64,000 bases of DNA from Schmidtea polychroa (lineage: Eukaryota): positions 36,272,001-36,336,000 of the forward strand of contig CM097885.1 of the NCBI GenBank assembly GCA_044892525.1, in the 5' to 3' direction. Each line of letters opens with the position of its first letter. Position 1 is the stretch's first letter. This document shows, one piece after another, positions 18,403-32,000 of the stretch. The notes beneath the pieces were generated by a model. It saw only the letters and a list, made by a program, of their open reading frames with translations, had not been told where the DNA came from and did not search any database. A program made the position numbers and the translations under genes.

Positions 18403-19049
18403 ACTAAATTTTATAAAATTCGATGTTATACGTGAATAACTTCATATAACATAAATCAGAAATCTTAATATGTATGAATTAAAATAAGATTATTATTACA
18501 GTTTAAATTTTATTTAAAAATTAAATTAAATTAAATAACCGATTACTATTATTGTTGGTTTTATTAAGAGACCTTGCTACAAAGTGATTTCTTCAAATTA
18601 TTTGTAATTAATCAATTTAAAGTTAGAAATTATATCAAATTTTTATATTTAAAATAAATAGTTTTAAAACAAAAAAGTAATTTTTGGCATTTAAAATTAA
18701 AATATTAAAATTATTTTTAATGATTATACAGAGTTTACAACCTGGTTTAATCTATTTTCAACTTCACTTAATCAATTTAATTTTATATTGAGGAAAAATT
18801 TAAAGAGAGTGGGAGTATAAATTTTTCGTTTTCTTAAGTAATAATAGTACTTAAGTAATACATAGTACTTATTTATGATTATGAAAATCTTTTAAAATTT
18901 TTATTTATTTTAATTATAATTTTTATATTGAATCAAAAAAATATAAATTATAAATTAAAAATTAAGAAAATAAGTAAGACAAATATTGTTTATTTAAAAA
19001 TTCTCTCGTCGCAGTGCTTTTACACCAAAATCTCTTACATGGAACTATT

Positions 19050-20790
19050 GGTCGCTTAGTGGTGTGACATTTTATTTTTAAATGTGTTATGGGTAATTAT
19101 AGATGTTAAATTGACTCCATCCTAAACGCCTTCATGAATATTGTACTTTAGACCACCTGTGTAGCCAGGGCAACGACCATGTTGGTATTGTACACAATGG
19201 TTGAAAATCAATGAGCAAGTGAGTTCCATTGCTAAAACTACTCCTCATTGTAATTTCCGTTCGGACTGCCGATGAAAATTCTTACGTCATTATTCATTGT
19301 CTATTTCTGTTCTTGGATCATTGACATGTCTTCATTTAACTATGGTTCTCATTTCTGAATATTTTCTATAGTTCTCTTCAAAAAATGTTTGTGCAAGGAT
19401 CCGCCTTAATTTTCCGTCCTATTTATGAAGATTTAACTTATCTTCCAAAAGATTTGAGCACGGATCAGCCCTTATTTCCAAATTAATAAATGTGGTTCCT
19501 CACTTCCTATAAAATTTAAGCAGGGGTCTGCCTGTATCTCTAATTCTGCCCTATTTGACATCTTTATCCTTAGTAGATTCTATAAGATTACCCAAACTGA
19601 ACCTTATCTACCTACAACCGATCTTAGTTTCTTTGTCACTACTTCTAACTAAATAATATTCATAAAGGTAATGGTGACGGACTCGTTCTATGCTATCTAT
19701 ATTTAAAACAAGGCTCCAAACTGTCAAAAACGACTCTATGTCCTCCAATTGACTTTATCTCTAACTATACCCCATCAAAAGATATGTCAAACTGGTTAGT
19801 ATCTGCTGTTCATCGGCATGAGTGACTACGGTTCACAAACGCATTCCAATCTGGGAGCATCTATAAATCAGTAAAATATTCATAAAAATCAAAAATAATA
19901 ACATTCATGTTGATCGTAAGTATTTCTCAAATTCAAAAAAACAAAACACAAAAAATTAACTAAACTAAATTAAATGTAAAGTTTTTTTAAACTATGACAT
20001 TACATTAGTTTACATAAAATTCCCAAATTTCAATTCAAATCACCGCGATGGCATGAACCGAAAACAGAGAGCGTCTAGCAATGTCTGACAAAATAAAGTT
20101 GATTTCAAGTTAAAACTAGTTGTTTAATTGAATTTTCAATCAGTATTTACACTTATTTTGACTGTGCATTCATGTATTCTCTGCCTTTAGATCCAATCAG
20201 AATGCAATAAATTTTTATTTACTTTTGCATGCATGCAAGAGAGTGTGTAATTATTTATTTTTACTATAACTAATTTAATTAATCAAATATTTTTAATTTT
20301 TAATAATTTTTACGATTTAGTTTTATAAATTTTATAATTTAAATATTTTTAGTTAGTTTTATTTTAGTTTTCATTGATTTAAACAACTTAGTTTTATAAA
20401 TTTTATAATTTACATAATTACTACTTTTATTTTAATTTTTTATTATTTAATCAGTTTACTGGATATATTATTTTCAATTTTCAATTTATTTATTTAAAAC
20501 ATTTTCATATCATTAATTAATTTATTACCGATTATTTTATGTATTATTTTTTTATTTACTAGTTGTTAGATTTTTCGAATGCGATATTTTTCCTAACCGT
20601 GTTGGTGATTGCAACTTCTTGCGTTCCTTTATTTTATTATTCAGTTTTATTTAGCCTCAATGTATTATGCATTTTATTTTGTATTATTTGGTGTATGACC
20701 ATGAATTTTAATTCAACTTGTTGCGGTTTTTATGTTATGTATTTTCGATTCATTAAAAAAAACTCACCAATTTTAGCCCAACAGAACCCA
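19050..20790. repeat. Unclassified long interspersed repeat (copy 2)
   Basis: Direct homology to 309-1620, 8026-8123 and 9188-9280. Represents the empty site for the Polinton and solo-LTR insertions. Confidence 0.75.
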
Positions 20791-21619
20791 ATGCAATCAT
20801 CTTCAGAAATGCTTGTCATATTATACATAATTGCCCGTATTAACTTTTCATTTTCATATTTACGTTTGATTAGAGCTCGCTCATTGTATGTTACTCTAAG
20901 AATGCATTTGCTTGATGTTGGCATTAAATATTTTTTGTTTCAGGTATATCTAAAATGATTTTAATATAAAATTAAATTGATTAAGTTAAGTTGAAAAAGG
21001 ATTAAATCAAGTTTTAAACCCGGTATTATTACTTTTAAAGATAAGAATATTTTTGATTTAAAAATGTTTTAACATAATTTTAAACGAAATTTTTCAAATA
21101 TAAATGAATAATGTTATACTTTTGTAAGACGTTTCGATTATAATTTGATATTTTTTGGATAGTACTTTTGGCTGGATATACGGATATCTTATCTCTGTGC
21201 GTAGTTATGTTTTACAATACCGCAGATGTAGTATTATAGACTACAGTAGAAGGACTTTAGCTGGGAAATTGTTCTATTCAAATAATTCTATTCACAACAT
21301 TCTATTAGCTTCTGTTTTTAATTCGTTTCCATGTTTCTTCACGAATCTTCCTTGTATTATGTCTTTGTAAGTCTTTTTACTGGATATATCCTGTATACAT
21401 CTTACCGCATTGGCAGGTTTAACGACTCTGTTTATTTTATCTATCATTTTTACTATTTCTTTATTCTTCTCTGTGGTGTTCTTCTTTATCTTTAACATAG
21501 CATTTTTTAAGTTTTAATCAATTATTTCAAAACTTGTTTGTTAATTTACGACAATGTTTCTCTGTTGATTTCTTAAGATATTATAGTAGTTTTTAATTAC
21601 AAATACATTGGGAATAAAT

Positions 21620-24600
21620 AAAGCAAGTATAACAAAATCAAGAAACGCAAGAAGTTGCAATCACATACACAGTTAAGAGAAATATCACATTCGAAAAATC
21701 TGCCAACAAGGAAATAAAATAATAATAAATAAAATAATTGATAATAAATTAATTAATAATATGAAAAGAAATTTTTAGAAGGATTATTGATCGTATTTAC
21801 CTACAAAATACCATAATCGAATTAATTAGGGATGTTATGGCTTGTATTTACACACTAAGAAGCTATGGCAATGAGCGTATACTTTAAGAAAAGGAAAAGG
21901 AAAAGGAAAAGGAAAAGGAAAAGGAAAAGGAAAAGGAAAATTTATTTAAAAAATTAAATGAAATAAAATAAAGAAATAAATAAATTGAAACTAAAGATTT
22001 CTATTAACATGGATAAAATAATAAAATTTAAAATAAAATTAGTTAAAAATTATTTAGATTATAAAATTTATAAAATTAAATTGTTAAAACTAATAAAAAT
22101 TAAATAAATTGATTCATTAAATCAATTGGATTAAAACAATTTTCGGTGTCGTTGTAACCTAATCTCAATTTTCGGTCTATGCCATTGTGTTAAGCTTAAA
22201 TTGGATTTGGTAATTTTATGTAATGTTATGAGTTAATAAAACTTTATATGCAATTTAGTTTAGTTAATTTTTTTTCTTTTGTTTTTTTAATCGGATGATT
22301 TTAAGTTTTAAATTTTGAGGAATATTTACAGTTTGTATGAACGTTATTTTATTCGATTTTATTTGGGAGTTAGTGCAAATAGATTTTGAAAGTGTTCCAT
22401 TGATGCTAAGTCGGATGCTGGATAGCTCTACGAACTTGGTTGAGTGGATCCCTTCGGATGACCACCTCCGACAGGGTTCGTCACTGCACCTTTTTATGAA
22501 TTTTACTGAGTTAGGAGCGATAATATAGAAAGGTTAGATCGTTTATAAGTATAAAAGGTTCAGTTTGGGGTAATGTTATTGAATCACGAGGAAATTTGAA
22601 TCAGTTTGGCACAGAGTTAGAAATACAGGCAGATACCTGCTCAAAATAATTGAGGAATAAGTCGAATTTCATCTAATATTGTCGGAGGTATAGAACAACA
22701 TTTAATTACCGGGAAATAGAGGCGGATCCCTGCTCAAAATTTTGAAAATAACCTTGGAAAACATCCAGAAAAGAGGACCACAATTAAATGAATAAAGGGC
22801 AATGATCTAACACAAGAATTGGTAGAAAACAATAACGTAAGACCTTCTATCAGCAGTCCAGAATCCAAAAATGAAAATACAATGAGGAGTAATTTAGGAA
22901 ATGTAGATCACCTGCTCATTAATTTTTAACCATTGTATACAGCACCAACATGGTCGTCACCATGGCTACACAGATGGTCTAAACTTTAGACTCTAAAGTA
23001 TAATACAGTAAAACCTCTACTTAAGACCACCTCCCTAAAGAGACCACCTCTAGTTAAGACCTCTATTTCTTCGGAACCAAATTTACACAGTAGTTTACTG
23101 GGACAAATAACCCTCCATAATAGGACCACCCCTCTCGTTAAGACCACTTTTCGTAAAAACTATTTTTAGTTTAAATATTTTTTGTTTAAATATTTTTTGT
23201 TTAAATATTTTTTTAAAATTAAAATGGGAGTTAAAAAAACGAGAAAGGAGCTTACATTGAGCGAGAAGATGGATGTTATTAAATCTTCTGAGCGAGGAGA
23301 AGGACAGAGACTTATTGCAAGACGATTTTCTTGTAGTAAAACGCAAGTCCACAATATCATTGTTAACAAAGAAGAAATAAAGGAGCTTTGGAACAATAAT
23401 GCAAATAAAAAACTAAAACGACTAACAAATAAGCAGTTTAAACTTATCAATGAGTATGTTCTAGAGTGGTATGAAAACAAAGTGCTGCGAGGCTTTCCTA
23501 TTAACGGAGAGTTGTTGAAAGCATCAGCTAAGAAGATAGCTATTAATCTAAACAACAATGTGTTTAAAGCTAGAAATGGCTAGTTGGAGAAATTCCTCAA
23601 GAGAAACAATATTACTTTGAGGGTTTTATCAGGTGAATCTGCTTCCGTAGAACCATCTGTGCTATCAGATTGGTTTTCGAAAATCCCAGATGTTATTACA
23701 AACTATGAAAAGAAAGATATCTACAACATAGATGAGACTGCTTTATTCTATAAAATGTTGCCAGGGAAATCTTTGGGTCGTGCCAGAGAAAAAACATATG
23801 GAAGTAAAAAATCCAAACAAAGAATAACAATCATGCTTTGTGTTAATATGTTGGGAGAAAAAGAGCCACCGGTCATAATTAATAAATCTTTAAGGCCTAG
23901 GTGCCTCAAAAACATCGATTTCAAGGAATGGTGTACCAAGTTCAATGAGAAGCTTTTAAAAGAAAAGAGAAGAATCCTGATAGTATTGGATAATGCAACG
24001 TGTCATCCTAAAATGGATTTAAGCAATATAAAATTTGCATTTCTTCCTGCAAATACTACCAGCAAATCTCAGCCTTTAGACCAAGGTATAATTAGATCTT
24101 TCAAGCTGGAATATCAAAAAAGAATGCTCTCTTCATTATTGTCGTTTTATGAAACAACTGCCAATGTAGAAGAGTTGTTGAAAAAAATCAATCTCTCTAA
24201 TGTTGTTGAGTTTGTAAAGGAGTCTTGGAATGCTGTTAAGCCGTCAACAGTTGAGAGCTGTTTTAAAAAATGTTGGTTCTGCTCGGATATCACGGTTAAA
24301 CCAGATATTATAACTGAGATCGAACAAGACGTAACAGATTTAGCTAAGAAGCTTGATTTCGACTTTGACCTTAGTGAGCTTGACATTTCTCTTGAACAAA
24401 ACTGTTTTGAGAGTGACTGGGAAGAAAAACTGATTTCTTCTTACACTAGTTTGGATGATGCATCAAGTGAGGTTTCTGAACCAAACGAAGAAGAATCTGA
24501 TTTACCAAAAATTGATTTAAAAACATCTTTATCTTATATTCAGCAGATTAAGAATCTTGGAATGGAACTGGGTGACAATAAATTAGTTGACATAATGTTT

Positions 24601-24900
24601 CAAGCTGAACAAAAGTTGACGAATATGATAGTTTTTGATAACAGTGAAGCCAAATCGAAGAGACAAACAACATTAGATGAGTTTTTATAATAAAATCTTC
24701 AATTTAAGTCTAGTTTTCTTTATAAAAATAAAATCCTCTCTAATAGGACCACCTCTAGTAAAGACCACTTTTGGTCCGGAACCAAGGGTGGTCCTATTAG
24801 AGAGGTTTCACTGTAGTCATGAAGGCGTTTAGGAATGGTTCGATTCAAAATTCATAAATACCTTTAACACATTTAAAAAATGACACCTCTAAGCGATCAA
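21620..24900. repeat. Unclassified long interspersed repeat (copy 3, inverted), interrupted by a Tigger at 23006-24813
   Basis: 21631-21760 is the reverse complement of about 20520-20640. 22830-23003 plus 24816-24860 is the reverse complement of about 350-545. Includes a (GGAAAA)n tract at 21887-21938. Confidence 0.75.
23006..24813 (+). mobile_element. Tigger/pogo DNA transposon with disrupted transposase (23224-24690)
   Basis: TIRs CAGTAAAACCTCT / AGAGGTTTCACTG with TA duplication (23004-5, 24814-5). HTH-psq/CENP-B and DDE_1 motifs (YNIDET, LDNATCH, QPLDQG). In-frame TAG at 23581 replaces the conserved W, and the usual segment before EWC appears deleted. Confidence 0.93.
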
Positions 24901-25480
24901 ACATAACAATGCAATTCACATTTGTTTAAAATCTAAACCAGTTGGTATAACACCAAGGTCTTTTAGTGAATACTGTCATTTGAATAAATCAAATTATGCG
25001 CTTTCCTAATTGCTATAGGTAAGTTGACAAAATAAAAATTTTAACCGACCTTAAATTAACATGAGATTTGTCTATTTACAATTACTAAAATTTAATGAAA
25101 AATACACTTGTCACACTAAAAATAAATATTAATTTCGGAAATAATAATAATTTAATGAGTATCAAAAAAATAACTTATTTATAAACAAGATTTATTATAA
25201 AAACTTTTTTTCCAAATTTCACCATTGATTTCTTTTCCATTGTATTTATTAATATTTAGGAAGTAAAAAGAAACATTACCAAAATAGAAGAAAAACTTTG
25301 TAATGACATTATAATTCTAAAAAAATAAGTTGATTAAGTTTTAGACTATTTCAAAAATAATTATTAGGTAGACAGGGACAATTTGTTTGGTCAAATAGAA
25401 TTAATTAATATTATATTGCTAATTTTAAATAAGGCATTTCGAAAAAATTATTTTTTGAAAAAATTATCTTAAACATATCG

Positions 25481-28400
25481 ATGAATGACAAGCTAAAGGA
25501 TATCATAAATTCAAATGATATTCATGATTCGTGCAAGTCAATGCCTTATGGAACAGCAGGTTATAGAATGGATTCAAAATATTTAAACGGGTTTACTGTT
25601 CGAATGAGCCTTCTTGCCGCAATGAGATCTATGTATAAAGTAATTTAAATTTTTTTTTAAAGTAATAGATATGGATTAGGCTAAAACTGTCGGAATTATG
25701 ATTACTGCTTCTCATAATCCCGAACATGATAATGGCATTAAGTTAGTTGATCCAGATGGTGAAATGCTTACAATGGAATGGGAATTTATTGCCATGGAAT
25801 TTGTTGAATGGATTTCGAACGACTTTTGCAATAAATTCATTAACAAATGTTCAGGACTAAAAATAGATTTAAACAGTAAATGTAATTTCTAAAAACTTAA
25901 TATTTTTAATTTAAACGATTACTCATTATATAAATATTTATCTAAGTTTTTCTGTCACATTTAGATTAAATCCGAAAATATTTTAGAAATTGATCAATAA
26001 GTATTATATAATGACTACATCCAACCGGATTTTTAAAAAGGAGACAAAAAATTAGTTTTGCTGATAATTTAATAAACTTTACATAAATTATTTCATTATT
26101 CCTTTAATTTGTTCTATTTGAAAGTAATTTATATTCATAATGGAAATTATATTTATCCTATTATATTTAATATTATAAAACCAAATGACTTTTTGTCATA
26201 ATAAATTGTGACATTCGGTGGTAAATCCTAAAATTTCTTTCCTAATTTACTAGCAATCTGTTTTTTATTAACATTTTTACTGCAATTTATAACTACGCAA
26301 CTCCTGAATTATCAAAGGATTCATCAATCAATGAATGAGAAAAATGCATTATTTTTACTAGATAACATTATGACTTCCACTTCCACTCAATGCTTTGAGT
26401 ATGTATTAGAGTAGAGCCGCGTTAAGCGGGGATGCATGGAACTCGGGTGGCACGTATGGGGTAGCAGGCGGGAAATTGTTTAGTGAATAAATACCAATTG
26501 TCCAATCTTTATTACGTTCATAATGTTTTAAACCTAGTGATTATTAATTAAATAGGTAAAACTTGTAAGTATATTATTTATTTATGTACGTAAATAAATA
26601 GTACACAAAATACATCTTTCGTAATAATGTTAAGATATTATTTATTGCTCGTATAAAGATATAAGACGATGGTTATTATTATTTTACGTTAAATATTAAA
26701 TTTAAACTGATAAATTTTAGCCTATTAGGAGCGGCAAACAACTTCACGGGGAAGATTCACTTGTTAGTGATTGTGCACAAAATCTGATAACCTTGAATAT
26801 ATATTTGTATTCCATATATCTGTACACACTGTTGACCTTTCATTTACTTTATCTATAATATATCTTGAGCTTCTTATCGCATAATTACGAGATCATGCCA
26901 CAAGAAATCTTAATTCCTTCTTTTCTCTACCTTTTGTTCCTAATTACCCAATATATTTAACCTTTATAAAGATGGGTTTCGTCTACTTATACAGTATAGC
27001 CTGGACCATCTAATCTATATATCATAAAACATCAACCACCTTAAAGGTGACTCGTACTTAATAATTCGGTGGCGGAACAAAATGGTACGGACAAAATGGT
27101 ATGGACAAAATGAATAAAAAAATAACGAACTAAACTGATAGAATAACCAATAAAAATGCATTTTGATAAATACCATGTCACTTTAGATAGGCTAATTGTT
27201 ATTAGAAAATTAGCTCAATTGGAAGTTTAAAATGTTAACAACCTGCATATTTAAGACAACGGCCAAATATAAGTTATTTTTAATATTCTTTATTGCAAAA
27301 AATCGTAATCAACAAAATCAATCTACCGTGAATAATAATAATAATAATACACATATTTGCTAACGCGTCAGTGTAAACCGGGCTAACGTAAGAGAAAGCC
27401 TGGTGAACTTCAGTCACATGAACTGAATCTGAGGCGCATGAAGCAGATGAACTAAAGCAGATGAAGCCCATGCTTGAACACAGAATTGGAATCAGATTAG
27501 CAGGCAAAATTTGAAAGCCTTTTTGAAAGCCTTTTTGAAAGCCTTTTTATAGGGACTGTAAGATTATTGAAGCGTACAACAGACTGTCACATCAAGAAGA
27601 AAGAATACGTCCGCATAAATGAAGCATGTGTAGTCGATTATAACAACCGAGATCTGGTTACATATTTGGGAGATATTGCGCGTGTGCTCAATATAAATGT
27701 TGTCTGAGAGACACTGTATTGCAAGTGTTTACTGTTTAAGCATAAACGAAACATTGTAACTGAGTAGGCCTATAGTCTTAGATGTTTGACACTAGTTTTT
27801 TTTAATTTATTTATTCATTATAATTTATATATTGTCTAGATTTTTGGATTGCTTTTAATATTATTAAACGAAAGACGGAAAAACTCAGACATTTATGCTA
27901 AATAAAAACAACTTACTTATGTGTTAGGGCAATAATTAATTAAATGCATTTGAAAAAAAAATAAACTTATTATTCTATTTAAACAAAGTTAAATCTATAT
28001 AATTTAATACTAGTACCATTTTGTCCTAGAACCAATAATTCCCCTTGTTTTTTGGATATAAGTCAATGTATCTAAATATAATTTTAAAAAATTCTTACCT
28101 GTCTCAATAGAAATCTAATAAATTTTTAAATATTTTATGATTTAAATCTCTATTTCTTATTGTAAGAACATGTGAATCGATTTGTATAATCACATCCGGG
28201 TTTAGGTTTTCAATTATTTTAATAAAATTATTTACACTTAACAATGACTTACAATGCCATTTCGATGGTATTAACTGCTTAATAGTGACATGCAAATATT
28301 TATATTTTCTAAACTCCTTTAGAATGAAGCTGCTCTGAAATCCTTTGTAAACGTGCAGAATAATATTTAAAAATCAGATTTATTACAAAAATATAATTAT

Positions 28401-29012
28401 CAATTTTTGAACTTATATATAAGATTAATGTCGAATGGTGGTTTAATTTTGTAATTTAAATTGCATTAAAAAATTATATTTCCAACTAGCTGAAATACCC
28501 TGCGTTGCATTGAAGTAAAAAAAATTAAATCCCTTGTTTATCCCGGGTAATCCGTTCCAGACTCTACCGCGATAAGTGAATTTCCGCGAAATTTGATTCT
28601 TTGTTAATAAATTGAATATTTTTGTAGACAGATCATAGAAAACCTATTTACGGCACTTTAAATAATGGTATTAACATTATGGACATGAAATAAAACCCCT
28701 CTAGTCATCATTATATAGTAGTATGTATTACCCATTATTACATACATAGGTCAGACAAAACAAGAGAAAATAAGACAAGACATATAATATATTACATAAT
28801 ATATTAATATATCTATTAGGCACGTAGTGTGTCTAACTGCATGGCTGAAGAACATCGGGATAGACAATTGTTGGCGCTTTCTTTTCATATGAATGAGGAA
28901 ACTTTTGTAGGGTTTTATCGCACCATCAAGGGCATTATGAAACTACATTGCACGTATAATTTGTTTAGGAGCCATTTCCGTAAAATTAAAATTCGGTTGA
29001 GATATGAAAATG

Positions 29013-29088
<76 letters not shown>

Positions 29089-32000
29089 CAATGAATTTTT
29101 ATATTTTTATGAAGTATGTATCTACCCGCATGATTCGCGCGAGCATTGTGTTGATTATGTACTTTTATTTGGAATACATATTTGAAAAAAATTGCGATAG
29201 AGTAAAGCCGCGAAATGGTGATGGATTACTGTAAATACATATAATAATCCAATCTTGTTTTATTTTGCTATCTCCCAATTTCAACAACCATCCAGCAACT
29301 AAACCAGCACTAATATCTTCTGATAATTCAGGTCTCACAATTCTTGTAAATGATAGTTTTTTGAATAGATATAATAGATAGAATTAATAGCGGGAGTACT
29401 CGAAAATGCCCGGATATAAGAATTAATTTTCAAGATATGTTGGGCTTATTATTTAGATTTATAGTGAAATTCCCGGTGCAGGTACCCGAAACCACCAAGT
29501 TGAAGCCTCGAGATTTTGCAAAATCAATGGCCCTATTTCTAAAAACTTACTTGTAAAATTTCAATAGTCTAGCTTTATTATATTTTGAGATTTTTAAATT
29601 TAATTATATATTTTATTTATAAATTTTAATATTAATATAATCTTATAGATATTTTTAAAAAATTGAAATTTAAAAAAGCCAAATGAATAAAGATAATTTA
29701 AATTTCTTGATATAAGATTTTTAGGTGTACAATTTCACAGAAAGGTGTGAAAAGATAAAATGCAATTCACGAATGATAATTTATTTTTGACTAGTCCAAT
29801 GTTAAATAATAAAAAATGAATTTTCGTTGTCTTACGAATTATTGAGATATTTTTACATTAATCCAAAGATTACATTTGTCATAATTTCATTGGTATATTT
29901 ATTCTTTTCGTTACTATAAATAATAGAAGTGTGCATGGGAAAATTTACACATATGTCGCCTTTAGACATTATTAAAAAATTGTCTGAAAATTCTGAAAGT
30001 GCTTTCTACATTTTGAAACTAGTTACCATATCCGCATAAAAATAAAAACAAAAATTGATTTGCAATGTTTTTCTCAGAATCAGGAATGGCACATTTCTCT
30101 AGAAACACTTTAAAATAGAGTATTTTTCTATTAGAAACTCTGTCCAAATCGCTTTCACAAAATTCGTAGTTATTTTAATGTTTTTTATAATATCAACATC
30201 ACAAACATTTTAAAGATATCCAAACTTTTCATATAAAATCCTATGCGTATTCTTATGCTTTTCTAATTCTTTTTATCTAAACCAAAATAGTTTTTTCGAA
30301 TACATTGTCTTAAAATAATTCGTTTGGACTACCTACGGACTCATCAAAATGCAGATTCAGCAAAATATTCAGTAGCTAAATTTAAAGAATGGCAAGCACA
30401 TATAACGAAAATTATAAGTGAATTTATTCCTAAAATCTTTGCGTTTAAGTCGCTGTAGGCATTTTTATCATTGGCATTTTCATAAGATTATTATCGGCAA
30501 TCGGTTAAATTTATTTTAAATTGAAAAAAAGGCTCAAAATTTTCAATTTTCTCAATCTTTATGATTTATTGTTTGAATTTTGGCTTTCACTGTTTTATAC
30601 GATTGCCACCTATAATTATTCATAATAATATACACTTCATTATTATTCCAAATAATTTGCCGGCATAGGCTCGTGCCTAATTTGTAAATTTAGTGTAGGT
30701 AGTATTTATAAAAATATTAATGTGAATAAACTTAATAAACAAGGTCCAGTAAATCATGACAATAATCTATATTTACTGACCTAGAAAGGTTTATGTTATT
30801 TAAATAATATCAAAAACCTTACATTACTCAATACAATGATACTTTTGATATAGAAATACATTTTCAAGAGTGTTATTTTTATAAAAATAACATTGGTATA
30901 ACTTAATTGTCAATGTAAACTTATTATTATAACATTACAGCAAAATATAATATATTTCATTTTGTAATATTTGAATGACTTTCATATTATGGAATGTACA
31001 TGTGACTACCATCTATTCTTGCATTTTCTTTTAGAAACAATTTTATTACCGGGTTATTAAGGAATATTGTTAACAGATAATCCAAATTTCAACTTGGCCG
31101 AAAATTTCAGTTTTTAGATTAAATTTAATTTATAGCGCTATATATTAATGATAATAAGATGCTATAAAAGCTATAAAAGGATGTCTAGCAAAGAAATGAA
31201 TATATGAAATAATGGAAATATTACTTTGTTGGCCTCTATAGATTTCACCATAACTTATAGATTCTAAATAATTACATAATATATTCACTTCTTCCCCTTC
31301 ATTAATAATAACATCGGTGCTAATCTCAATCGTAACATTTTGTATCACATAATGGAACATGATTAGTGAGTAATTTCATTTCAATTTTACCATTCGTTTG
31401 AATTTATTGATAAGGCTTTGGAAAACTACGGCCTGCGACCCTTTGATGACAACTAAGAATAATTGTAAAAAATTAATTTTTGTGGCAAAAATGTTGTTTG
31501 AAAATGGATGTATAGTACCATTTTAACATCAACCAGGGCCAATGTCACTGATACATTCTCTTATCAAAGCTATTTATTAATATCTATTTTTTCGCTTGGC
31601 CGACGGTGATGTATCGATGTGACGTTAAATTTTCAAAGAAAACGAAGCTATACTAATATATACTAATATATACTCTATCAATTTTTTGGTGACCCTCCAT
31701 TTTAATTCTAAATTTTATGCTGCTCTCCATCCTAATAGTTTGCACAGACCTGATATTGGTAATTTTGTGAAATTCTGTCATTCTCTAGCTTTATCATGCA
31801 ATTCAATAAAATGTGCTAATTGAAGAGCTGCCAAGAAATATCTTATTTGTTCTAACGATGAATTATTTAAATCATTTAAAGAATTAGATGTAAATTTCAC
31901 ATTCGTAGTAGCATTTTGGTTGTTTATTAATTTTAGGTGCCTCATAATAATTTTTTTGAGCGTCCCATATTCGGGTTGTTTATTTGTAAATGTATTTTAC

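Noticed and set aside
18555..18580. Possible terminal inverted repeat pairing with about 24950-24975 to bound a single 6.4-kb element
   Set aside because: Only about 16 of 22 nt match in AT-rich DNA, and no TSD was found.
23015..23150. Repeated AAGACCACC motifs resembling a spaced array
   Set aside because: These are subterminal transposase-binding repeats of the Tigger element, mirrored at 24735-24800; not CRISPR.
28486..28512. Helitron-like 3' end (CTAG plus partial hairpin) on the minus strand
   Set aside because: The hairpin is imperfect and no matching 5' end was identified.
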